Part shown: piece by piece, positions 51,800 through 64,000 of the stretch
How the letters are laid out: every line of letters starts with the position of its first letter
Numbering within the stretch: the stretch's first letter is position 1
Assembly: GCF_009914755.1 (NCBI RefSeq)
Contig: NC_060932.1
DNA from: the human T2T-CHM13v2.0 reference genome, Homo sapiens
Strand: one strand, 5' to 3'
DNA length: 64,000 bases
Notes under the pieces: generated by a model
What the model saw: only the letters and a program-made list of their open reading frames with translations
The model's database searches: none
Told to the model about the DNA's origin: nothing
Position numbers and translations under genes: made by a program

Positions 51800-51970
51800 C
51801 GGCCTTGGGAGCTGGACAGACTTGGGTTCTAATTCCAGCTCTGCCTCTAGCTGGCTTAGTTACCTTGTGGGACTGACTTGATCCCACTGGGGTCAAAACA
51901 TCTACCACAAATTGTTATATGAGTTAAATAAAAAATGTCTCAAAAACACTCAATGCAGCATCTGACAAAT
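51800..51970 (+). mobile_element. MIR SINE relic
   Basis: GACAGACTTGGGTTCTAATTCCAGCTCTGCCTCTAGCT...TACCTTG core. Confidence 0.65.
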
Positions 51971-54377
51971 ACTCCCTGGTAATCACAGTTATTTGAGAAG
52001 ATCTTCATATGACCTCTCCCTCTCTCTTCCCCAAATCTCCCATTGCCAATAGAATCAATATTCTATTACGGGCCACTCAATTTGCCTCCACTGAAAGATG
52101 ACCCTTGTAAATCTCAAAGATTTCTAGCAAAACTTGGTAGGAAGTTTAAAGGGGCCATCAGTGAAATATCAAAAAAACAATGGGAATTCAGAGACCCACC
52201 CCCAACCCCCCTCCCTGACAGATCCATTCTCACAGTACCAATAGAGAGGAAAGTTTTGGAGACAGGAAAGTTTGGGAGTAAGTCAAACAATAGCTCAGCC
52301 TTGGGCACAGAGGGTCCCTGCTACATACCAATTTCAAATAACATTTCCTGGTCACTTGGCGTTGTCAACTAATGGAATATATTTATTTTATACTCTCTCA
52401 TTTAATCCTCACAACAACCATTGTAGAATGAGAAAAAAGGCTCAGAAAGGCAAAGAAGTTTGACTTGGGCAATAAAGCTATTAAGTATCAAATCTAGAAT
52501 TAAAATGTAAGAATTCAGTCCTTATACTTGTTCATCTACACAACAGCTGGCTCACACAGGAACTCTGGCCTCTATCTTGCCCCTTAGCCCACTAAGTGCA
52601 GAGTTCTAGAGATTTGTGTGGGGAAGTTCTTGCCAAGGGGCATGAAAGGCTCATCAATTAAGAAAGCTGGAGAAGGAAAGGAGCTTTTGTCTCATCCCTT
52701 CTCCAAATAACTTTGCCTAGGAGAAGAACAGTGATGTGGGATTTAGAAAGCCCCTTTCTTTTCTGAAAGTAAAACAGACACAGAGGTATCCAGAGGAGAC
52801 AAAAAAGAATCAGAGATCTCTGACTTTACGGCCTGTCCCATATTTTTGTTTTCTAATTCTAATAACCTCTCTTCTTGTTGAATGATGCTTGGTAATTCCT
52901 ATCTTCCAAGATGCTTTTTAGAAGAGCTGGGTCATTTTGAAATCAACAAGATAAGTGAAACAAGGAAACTAATTTTGTCTACACAGCTTTGGTCCTTTTC
53001 TTAAATTGAGTAGGTTCCCATGGTGATGGTTTAGCCATTTTATCACATCTTCAGAGGTTAGACGAGGGGAACAGAAAGATTATGCTTTGACTCCTGGGTT
53101 TCAGTCTGTTCAAGGCAGCACTGAAAGTAATTTACCTGCATGATTTCTCTCTCCCAGGTCAGCAAGAACTTCTTCTTCCTCACCTGCCACACCCAGTCAG
53201 TCATGAAGCCCTATTGATACCACTTCTTTTCTGTTTCCTGAATCTGTCAGCTTGCCTTTTGCAATCCTTACCCACACTTCAGACCACTATTATTCCTTCC
53301 AGGGACTATTATGGTATTTTACTATTGTAGAATTTCCCTGCCTTAAATCTCACTAACCTTTCCCAATCCGTCTAATCTTCATAAAGCAGCCAGAATATAC
53401 ATTGGATCCAACATGCCTCATCATGTCCTTCCTTAAAGCCCCTCGGTAGTTTACATTTATGCTGAAATAAAATGATATGGTGGGTGGGGGAGGAATTCTT
53501 CAAGTATTTGTGATAAGAAATAAAGAACATATTTAAATTAAATTATTAGTGTTTGCAATTTTCCCAACCCCACACTTCCACTATCATTAAGATGAGGGAG
53601 GCTGTGTCTATCTTGAAAGCTGTTTTGTGAAAGTGGTAGAAATAGGGATGACAGAAAAGTTTATGGGTTTTTCTATAATAGAAAAAACAAAACAGAGAGT
53701 AACTTCCTGGAGTGGGATTTCAGTGGGGAGGCGTGAAAGGAGAGAAAAAAGGAATATATTGGTAAGTTGAAAGAATGTATGGGGAAGTTTGAGATCAGAG
53801 ACTAGAGGACTCTGGTGACAGCTGCTATGTGAATAAGAGATGGTGAAGGAGGAGGTAAGGAATTTTGCTGTGGGTGATGAATGCAACCTCCACTATTGGT
53901 GTTTTGTGTTGTGTGAAGTGTAGTGAATATTTAACTATCATTTCTTTCTTTCATTCTTTAGTGTAGAACTGATGTGTCTTTGAATACCACACCAAGAAAA
54001 ATCTAGCTGGCTTGACTTTACAAGACGATTCCATCCAAAAGTCATTATTTTTCCTGAATTTCCCAGAAACACAAGGAAAAAAAAGTTTGGATTAAGCTTC
54101 AGCAGAACCGGCTGTGGTTATAACTACAATCCATTAGGTTGTCACCCACTCGTGGTACAATCATTTGCTACACCAGAATTTGTTTGTTGAGTCTCATCAA
54201 CAGGGGCAAAAGACACTCTGCCCCAAATTGCTCGTCTATTCTCTCAGCAGCCTGATCACCACAGTATTTGCTGGAGAGAAACTGGAGCCAAGACTAATGT
54301 GGAAAAGCACATTTCTGTAACCACTTCCATATGAGGGTCATTATCATTCCAAACCACCTCTGTTGTCAGAGATTTAG

Positions 54378-54711
<334 letters not shown>

Positions 54712-54868
54712 TGTTATGATCTTCTTACTCATTTGATAGCACCAGTGTCCTGAGAAAAATAACATATACTCCATTACCCATCCATACACTTACCCAGGCA
54801 CTCATTCACCATATTAACTAGATAGACACATGATGTTGCTGCTCCTGTTGATGATAACAATGTTGAGG

Positions 54869-54904
54869 TGGATGGATGGATGGATGGATGGATGGATGGA
54901 TGGA
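54869..54904. repeat. (TGGA)9 STR
   Basis: Counted directly; followed by degenerate TAGA/CAGA units. Confidence 0.93.
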
Positions 54905-55344
54905 TAGATAAATGGCTGGACAGACAGATAGCTAGGTGACAGATAGAATATGTACACAGAAAGCATTCAGATTTTTCTGCCATGGACCTGATTTTATGTG
55001 ACTGTATCAGTTTTAATAACTGTATTATTAGATAATAGTAAGTGTTAATGAGAGTTAAATGTTCTTTAAATTTTATAACATTGTAATCATTTTAATACAA
55101 ATAAATACACAAATCAGAAGATAGCCATTGTCAAACCATGTGCCCTGGGGCTGTTTTCAAACCACCGTGGCCATAAGCAGTAGCAATAAGACTATGAAAT
55201 TCCAATTTGAAAATTAAGTCACCGTAGATCACCAGTAAGGCCCAGGGTCCTATCCCCTCAGGAACCTGGGCTGGTGAAAGTCAAGCACTGGGCTCTCTCT
55301 AGATCAACACTGCTCCTTTCCTGTTTACCAGCAGAGAACAAAGT

Positions 55345-55570
55345 GGTGGAGAGCACTGGCATTGAGGTCAGAACTGGGCTGACTCCCAACTTGGCACTTA
55401 CTAGCTCTGACCTTGGGCCTTTTAATTCCCCCCTCAGAGCCTCATTGAACCAGCCTGCAATAATAGAGATAATAAACCCACCTCCTAAGGTCTTTGTGAG
55501 AATTAAATAATAAAACCCAAGCTACAGGACTTGCAGAATACTGAGTGCAGAGCAAGTTTTTAAATGAATA
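55345..55570 (+). mobile_element. MIR SINE relic
   Basis: GTGGTGGAGAGCACTGG...CACTTACTAGCTCTGACCTTGGGC...TTGTGAGAATTAAAT. Confidence 0.7.
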
Positions 55571-56449
55571 TTAGTTATGATTAAAATTATTAATATCCTC
55601 AAAGGCAATGCATGAGATAAGGGGTCAAAGGAAAGGAGATCTTTGACTCTTGCCAAAGATATGATATGAAGTGTAATTGCTCAGGGCAAGACAGCCCCTT
55701 CATAAGCAAATACACTACTGTTGCCTTGAAATACTTTTCTTTCCTCTAATTTTCTCATATATCCCAGTACAGAGTTTTTCCCCTATTCCTGCATTGTCTT
55801 CAGTTTTCATCACATATGTAAACAATTGTAGAACTTAACATCTCACATTGCTTCAGGTTTATCAGTGGTAAAGCTTTTTCTGGTTCTTTCTCATACATTT
55901 CTTTATTAAACCATCCATTTTGTTTATCTTCATACTCTCTCAATCACTCTCATTTCTTATATTTTCTTATGTTAGATTCTCATTATTAGTCCTTTGAAAG
56001 AAGAAATTTGTTGGGGGAATACAATGCCTATCTATTCAATGTGAATAACTCTTAAGGAAAAATAATACATTCTCACGGTCCAAAACTCAGAAAACTCACA
56101 TGTGTGATGCTTAGAATAACTTTTGCTAATTTTTCATCATTTAAAGTTATTACATTTCTTTTTTCATCTATAAGTTATTTACCAATTTTTACTTTTAAAT
56201 TTTTGGTCTTACTACTCATTTTTAAAATTTTATCTCTTTATTCTATACATATTTGATACTAAACTCCACTTATTGCAAAATAAATTCCAATAGCCAGATG
56301 TCTTAGCAACCCATACATCTAAAAAAAAAAAAAAAGAAAAAGAAAAACCTTTGATGCAGTTTCTTTCCATGTTCTTATAGGGAGTTAGAATGGAGGAGCT
56401 TTCTATTGATGACATGTAAGTGTGAAATATAAATAGACCTGCACTCCTA

Positions 56450-56965
56450 CTATGTATATTAGACCCCTCTTATACCCCACCTCACAATCTCTTTTCCCAT
56501 TTCTTACTTTAGTGTTACTGTGGCAACAAACCCCAGGCAAATATGACCTGGCAGCACCTTACCACCACCAGACTGAGTATTTCTTGCATTCCATTAGGAC
56601 ATTACTGCTGCTGTGAGTGATGCCTGCAAGAAGCCACACAACCATTCAAGCACATTGGCAAACCTGCATGAGTGAGCAAGTTACTCCGTGGAATCACCCT
56701 TGAGCAATGAGGGACAGGCACAGGTAAGAAAGTCCTTTCCTTTGCTGTATCTCAGGCAGACAATTCTGAAGCACACTTCACACAGTTCTTCAGAGGATTC
56801 CTGATGGGGTGGAGCTCCAGTTGCCCACTGCAGTAACCAATTCAATAGCAGACAGTTGGAGTGGCTTTCCTTCCTGATCTGTTGCATTCTTCGCAGTTCC
56901 TTGAGAACACTTAGGAAAATAAACTGGTGAATGCTTGTCTTAGATTCTGCTCTTTCTTTTCCAAA
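56450..56965 (+). mobile_element. LTR16-like ERVL LTR relic
   Basis: CCCTTGAGCAATGAGGGACAGG...GACAATTCTGAAGCAC...CTCCAGTTGCCCACTGCAGTAACCAA...AAATAAACT. Confidence 0.6.
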
Positions 56966-57758
56966 ACTTGGGCCAACATGCTACATCTGCTTGAAAATAG
57001 GAAGAAAGATGTTTTCTCCCACCTTCTACTCTTCAACTCCTGGTTCGAAATTCAGAGTTTTTACTATCCAGAGAACTAGGCAACCACTTCTCCACTGTGT
57101 GGGGGATGCTTTCTAAGGGATCCAAATATTGTGTATCTCCTACCTCTTCTTCCACACATCAATATCTCTATACATGGGTTCCAGACTGTGACTCCTAAAA
57201 TAATAGGAGGAATCATCGGGGGAGAACAATGGAGGGAGAAAATAGTGAGAGGAGAGGCTGGCCTGTTGAGTCCCAGAAGTCTCTATAAATTTGACACTTA
57301 AGGTCAGGGGAGAAATAGAAAGAGCCTTATGTGCAAGGCATAATGGGGATTATAGGTTTTCCTGCCCAATTTCAATTCATCAGAGGCTGGCCAGGAAGAC
57401 CTCAGCTGATCTAGCATGGCTGCAGTCGCTGAATGAATTCAAAACACCAGAATTTTAAGTGGGTGCTCTGCACATCAGTTCCACAGCTGAGATTCTTTCA
57501 CACCCAGGTGGACACAGAATGAGAACATGTAAAGTCCAAGGACCTGGGCATCAGCAGATATGTCTAGAGAGTGGTACCTCTCCATAGTCAGCAGTGGCAG
57601 TTTTAAAACTGCAGTTTTCACTCATTATTATTTTCCTTGGTGAAAGGACTTCTAGAAGCTGTTAATTCTGTAGCCAACATTTAGCGAGCACAGTAAAACA
57701 CTTTACAGCATGAATTCTGCATAAGCTCCTCCTCACTAGCTTCTGCCTACCCTCTTGC

Positions 57759-58110
57759 ATTTTACTGGATACTCAAAAGTAGCCAGTGATTTTAAATATG
57801 TAATTATAGTCATATGTTCATAAATACATATATATGTATATAGCATTATATATATGAGTGTGTGTGTGTACATGTGTGGCTGTGTGTGTGATTATTGTTG
57901 AAAGTTACAGCAGCCTGAATAAAGCTTCATTCATATGTAGTGAAAATGAGTGACAATGTGATTGGAAAGTTAGGCCATGACGTGACCTGTGTATTAGTTT
58001 GTTCTTACACTGCTAATAAAGACATACCTGAGACTGGGTAATTTATAAAAGAGGAGGTTTAATGGACTCACAGTTCCACATGGCTAGGGAGGCCCCACAG
58101 TAATGACAGA
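57759..58110 (+). repeat. Dispersed direct duplicate of 44083-~44426 (unique flank, ACCTG TSD and first ~120 bp of the THE1 LTR)
   Basis: Colinear alignment by eye, including a 79-bp exact match (44219-44297 = 57903-57981). Confidence 0.95.
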
Positions 58111-58398
58111 TCTGTCATATCTTGAAGCTAATATTTGCAAATACTTTTACATGCTTTCTCACAAAATTACAAAGCCCATCAGGATGGGGTCCTTCACCAA
58201 TACCCACACTCTTCAAAACTCATATCTCATGAGGTTTTTAAAAATCCACTTACATACACCTTGATGAAGTGTGTATGTGTGTGTGTGCATGTGTGTTGTG
58301 TGTTGTGTGTATGCATCTTTCAAAAGGAGATATATGTCCAAGTATCCAAGCTGCTACCTTGAAGAACTGTATGGTTTTTTGGAATGTGAAAATCTCCT

Positions 58399-58675
58399 GG
58401 CCAGGTGTGGTGGCTCATGCCTGTAATTCCAGCACTCTGGAGGCTGAGGTGGGTGGAATGCAGGGGTTCAAGACTAGGCTGGCAACATGGCAAAGCCCCA
58501 TCACTGCAAAAAAAATGCAAAAAGTAGCCAAACATGGTGGCACACACGTGTGGTCTCAGCTACTCAGGAGGCTGAGATGGGAGAATCACTTGAGCCCAGG
58601 AGGTCAAGGTTGCAGTGAGCTGAGATCACACAACTACACTCCAGCCTGGGTGACAGAGCTTTTGCGACAGTCTCA
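58399..58675 (+). mobile_element. AluJ with an inverted terminal segment
   Basis: GGCCAGGTGTGGTGGCTCA...CTTGAGCCCAGGAGGTCAAGGTTGCAGTGAGC. The final 17 nt are reverse-complemented. Confidence 0.88.
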
Positions 58676-58680
58676 CTCTG

Positions 58681-59031
<351 letters not shown>

Positions 59032-60679
59032 TCAGTACCTACATAATTATCTCTTAGTCTGTCTCTACGTCTGTTTATCTGTGACCACCTCTCTCTATGT
59101 CTGTTTCTACATCTCAGTCTATCTTTATCTTTATCTCTTTCCCCAACCTTGGCTCTTTCTTTTTGTTATATAGTTTCCCTGACTGTAATATACCCACACA
59201 CTGTCTCAAAATCTAACCCCAAATATAGTGACCTGATGTTGAATTAGCTATAGACAACTTCTCTGTCTTCTGTCAACTCAATGTGAAGTTTCCCTTTTTT
59301 CTATATAAGGAAGTACATTCTCGTCTTAATTTTTATTTTTCAAATGCCACTATGATCATCACAAATTCCCTTTTAGCCAAATTGGTAGTATATTTAAACT
59401 GCTTTTCAATTTACAGTACAAGTTTCCCACAGAACTAGCATGAACTACACGGTGAACTCTAGTCCCCAAGTGACACTAATATTTTTCACTTCCAAAAAAC
59501 CAGAAGCTTCTGTGTGATATGTCTTTACTTTTGGAAACTGAGAATAGTTAAGATGGAATCCAAAAAAGTGATTTATGTTCTTTGATGCCCAAGTAAAATG
59601 GCAAAATCTTATTTCATTGTACAATCTATATAAAGATTTAAGGATACATTATTTCATTAACATAAGTTCCTTAGGAGGTAGAAATCTGGAATTGGTTTAG
59701 AAATCAAAGTAGATATGCTCACTCAAGTCCTAAGCAGGGTAATAGCAGGAGAGCTAATGGGTCATTTTTGGCAAAATTCTCAGAAGAGTTGAGGTTTTCC
59801 AAAGAGTGGATCCCATTCATACTGTATCCACATGCAAAATAGTTTCAATCAATTTAACTGATTCCCCTCAAAGTTAAATTTATTTTCTTTTTATATTGTC
59901 TTTTTATTATTAATGGATGATCTAACTCACTCTTAACTCCTTGCGAGCTGGAAGACATAAGACCCACACTCCCTGGTGACCAATGCAGTCAAGAAGTGAG
60001 AGATCAGAGATGAAAGCGCCTGAATAAATATATTGATTTCCTTTTCCTGGAGTGCTAACCCTTAATATGCAATAGAAAACCAGCTACTGTCGTTTACATG
60101 TTGCAAAATGCAAGCAGTTAAAATGATAAATTGGCATCAAATAGACAGCACTTTCACTTTTTAAGTTAATGTTTGGACAGTTTGTATGTGGCAACAACTA
60201 TTTACTATATAGATCAATTTTGATATGGATAACACACTTATATGCCCTAACATCCAGAAGTTCTTCATCTTCTTTATTAATGTCCCATTCAAAAAGTGGA
60301 GATGATACTAGCAGCTATGGTGGGACAGAAGGAAAAATATGAGGGGCATACTGATATCATCATCAATCAATGAAGAATTTTTGATATCTACCCTATGCCT
60401 AAGACTGTTAAGCGCCTTAGAGAACAGCAAGAACACATATGGTGAGTTCCTTTAAAACTCGTTATTTTAAGCTGCTTGTGCAGGCAAGACCTACATCCAG
60501 CAAATTACTAAGAAATAAAATATAGTACAGGGGAAAGTTGGACAAATGTCCAGTGGTCACCCTCTATATGTACATAGCTGTTCTTTAACTTGTCATTTTT
60601 CTCAGTTCACAGATAAGATAGTTAGAGAGTTCAGATGGCAAGAGCTTAAGAAAACTATACAAGTAATTTTTAAAAAGCC

Positions 60680-60890
60680 AACCTATATTGAGTATTACTA
60701 TATGACAGGTACCATACTATACCATTTGCACCCATTGTTGAATTTCATTTTTACAATAATTCATTTAGAAGGTTATTCTTATTCCCATTTTGCAAGTGAG
60801 GAAGCCTGCCCAAGTTCCACTAGTATGTGGCAGAGCCAAACCACACACCAGTCTATCTGCTTCAAAAGACAGTATCTTCAAGTATTCTAA
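60680..60890 (-). mobile_element. MIR SINE relic
   Basis: TATTGAGTATTACTATATGACAGG...ATTCCCATTTTGCAAGTGAGGAA...TGCCCAAG...GTGGCAGAGCC. Confidence 0.7.
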
Positions 60891-63800
60891 TATGTTTTAG
60901 ACTTAGATAGTACATTTTAAAGAGTTATAAAATAAAGAAATGAATGTAAAATTTAATTTCTGACAATGCGTATGTTGGATGTGTATATCTGTGTGCATGT
61001 GGATGCATGTATACAAGTATTATGGTTAGATGGCAAGATCAGTGATTTCATGGAGTTATATTATCTCCGAAGCACCAAGAAGCTCCTTTATCAGAAATGC
61101 TGGGGACACTAGTCCCAAGGAATTTTAAAAATGTATGTCTTCAGTGTTCCCAACATTGAGCATCTCAATGCACAAATTCATTATAATCCCTGTAGTTCTG
61201 TCCCAGGCCCCAAGGGATAACAAAACTTCAAAGAATTTCTGGGTCATTCCCACTGCCAAGTTATATTTACTTGATTCAATACAGATGAATGTTTACTGGT
61301 CTTTATTTTCTGCCTTAAACATCTTGTTCTACAGAAACAACAACAAAAACAACAACAACAAGCAAAAGAAATCTCCTTGCTATTCTGCAGTATTCTACTA
61401 ATCCACTACACAGTATCTCTGTCCTGGAAAGTTACACATGATTTACATATTCTTTCACCCAAGCCCCAAACTCCCATTGTTCTGCAGAGAGGACTTCAAT
61501 CTTGTTCTGATGAATGATCCCCATCTAGATACAGAAACAATGGTTCAAGATACTCTCATACCTATCACAAGTAGGTGGGTTGATCTTAGCCCTAACCAAC
61601 TCACTAAGTAATCAAGATTCCCCTGCCACTTTCACAAACTAGTTACTGTCTAAAGATAAAATGCTTTCATTTGAAGATTATAGAAAACAGAAGAGATGGA
61701 GTGGAGGGTGCTGAAAAAAAGTCATATATTAGAGTAAAACTGTCAAATGTGTGCTAATGACAATAGAAAGTATCTTGGGGAATTTATTTCCCTTATGTCA
61801 GGAATAAAACCTTAAAATCCCAGTGCCCAATCACTTGGCAACTCAGGCACTTACATAGATTTACGATAGGATTTTTTTTTCTAATTCAATATCAAGAGCT
61901 GTTTAGCCAGAAATGACTCTTGCACTTGATATTGGGAAGCAAAGCAGGAGTCTACTCTAATGCACACTTGATAAAACAAAGAAAATGTAGTGGACTTCCA
62001 GCCACAAAGAGCCCTGGGGAGCTTATCAGATAATGGAATCCTCTGCCTCTAGGCAGGGCTGCAGCAAAAGCCGCTTGAACCCAACCTACTTAGGGATAGA
62101 TTAAAAATGCCATCCAGGGACATTGTCTACTTGACATCAATCACTGATGTGTTTAAAAAATTCACTCTTCCATGTTTTTTTCATCTCACATAGACTTCTT
62201 TTTTCTATGCAGCACCTTTGCCCAATTATTCCAGTGGCTTAAATGTCAAGACATTTAGATTCATTGCAACTCTGACATAAAAATTCTGCTAAAGAGAAAT
62301 TCTTGTTAAAGTTATTAAGGTAAAGTTCATTTTCCCAGCTCTTCAAATATCCAGATGTTTGGCATCATGTAAGAGAGAAACATCAAAATAATTGCCTACA
62401 TTTTCCCTAAATAACACATCCCTTATCTAACCCACTTAAAGAAAGATCATCTATCAAAATCTGAGATCAAACATTTCAAGCTATCTCAGAATCTGGGGTC
62501 AGAATGACTCCTTCCATAGGGAGAAGGAACATGTATTTATTGACAGCAGGTGCTGGCCAAGTAATTCCTCCCATTCAAAATTTTATAAAACATTAAGCAG
62601 CTATTTTTTAACAAATGGAGAGTACAACAAAAGAGAAGAAATGATAGACTATGTTTTTACATTAAACAATTTGATATTGTCTCAAAATTATCAATCAGCA
62701 TGAATTATTTTTATAATTTAATTTTTAAAGTAAAAATATAATCACAAAAAACAGCCTTCTTTAGGCATATGCATTAGCTATGACTGTCATCAAAGACAAC
62801 CATTGGCTTTGTCATCCTTTCAGATCACGGGCAGTGGGTGTCCCTTGGGACTTTTTGAGGTGCTAACACTGGAGAAGAAAAGCACACAGCTGGGAGGCTC
62901 TGGGAAGCAGTGAGTTCAGAAGTCAAATCAGAAAACTCAAGTCCAGAGATTAAAGATTGTATGTATCAGACTACCTCTCCAATTCACTGGAAAGAAAATA
63001 ACCAGGAGTAGGACATCGGACCTGCTCTGCCTTCTCATGTCCTTAGCACTATCATTCAGTCCCATTCTGTTCTTGAACTCATCTCACTCAGGACAAGACA
63101 ATTTTAGGAGTATCCGCTTGTGGGTCTGAAATGTCTGATGCTGCCATTAGCTTATGTGAATTGAGCTTGGAGAAGTCTTGTATTCCCATCCACTCACGGC
63201 GCCACAATCTTCTCCTCACATCCGTTCCTTCATTAACTTATCTTCTTCCTTACTTCCTGTTTGTTTAGCATATTCTTATTCTGAAAGTCCATTGACTTAA
63301 CCCAGATCTTGATAACATACTCACACATTGAATGTGAAATCTCATTCAACCCTTTTATGGAAGATGAATTTCCCTGTGAGATGGTTTTGGTGCTAGATTG
63401 AGCTAAGGAGAGCTTTTCAACTATCACTAGCACAGCTTAATTTTGTCTGTGTTTTCAGAGACTTCTACATCTTTATAATCAGTTTTAGGCAAGTGGAAAT
63501 TTTAAATAGAAACAAATGATTTTATACAACTCACCACTTGATACTTAACCATGACTCACTCAAGGTCAGCCATGGCTTCAGGTTCTACCTCCAGGTCTCT
63601 GCCTCTAACTGAGAAAGACTTTTTGGTTGGTAGAAGCTGGAAGGAGTCATTCTTTCCTCCCAACCACCAATTCACTCAAGTGTGACTTTCAGCAATTAAT
63701 TATCCCCAGCTTTACTTCCTATCTAGGATGACCAACAGTCCTGATGTATCCATAGCTGGCAGGTTTCCTGGAATATAGAACTCATAACTAAAACAGGGAT

Positions 63801-64000
63801 AGGCCCTTTTCTGTGTCATCTCAGCTGTGGTTCTGAAAATTACCTCTGACACATTCTTACTACAAAATTGGCCAGATATATTCCAATAATTAACTTTGCC
63901 AGGTGAATGTAGCCAGACTCTGAAATATCAGGCGCCATTTCTGAATTGGTCCCTGCAGATTTCATAGTTAGTTCGAATTAAATAGAAAGCAAAATTTCTT

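Noticed and set aside
52810-52823. 14-bp palindrome TCAGAGATCTCTGA (also AT-rich ATATGATTATAATCATAT at 44130-44147)
   Set aside because: A few palindromes of this size are expected by chance in 64 kb of AT-rich DNA, and the first has no associated junction.

Overview
Human genomic DNA; a human-specific AluYb8 at 8059-8356 fixes the species. The window is AT-rich, dense in transposable elements and has no CpG island. I found no recognisable host protein-coding exon, RNA gene or CRISPR array, and every long ORF in the track maps to decayed LINE-1, Alu or LTR sequence, so this is intergenic or deep-intronic. Main elements: the 3' end of a young L1PA (1-1225), a near-full-length decayed L1PA (24566-30266), a complete THE1 MaLR provirus with a 5-bp TSD (44306-46562), a twin-primed 5'-inverted L1PA (47303-50912), about ten Alus, several solo LTRs, DNA-transposon relics and STRs. 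I found no new gene system. The most unusual signals are mutational: (1) a ~350-bp non-retrotransposed copy of the THE1 junction placed 13.7 kb away and ending in a perfect 16-bp palindrome; (2) a 17-bp micro-inversion of an Alu 3' end ~550 bp from that copy; (3) a triplicated target site that suggests an orphan transduction plus re-use of the same L1 nick site; (4) a twin-primed L1 missing ~1.65 kb at its inversion point. Repeat subfamily names come from recalled consensus diagnostics and need RepeatMasker/Dfam confirmation.
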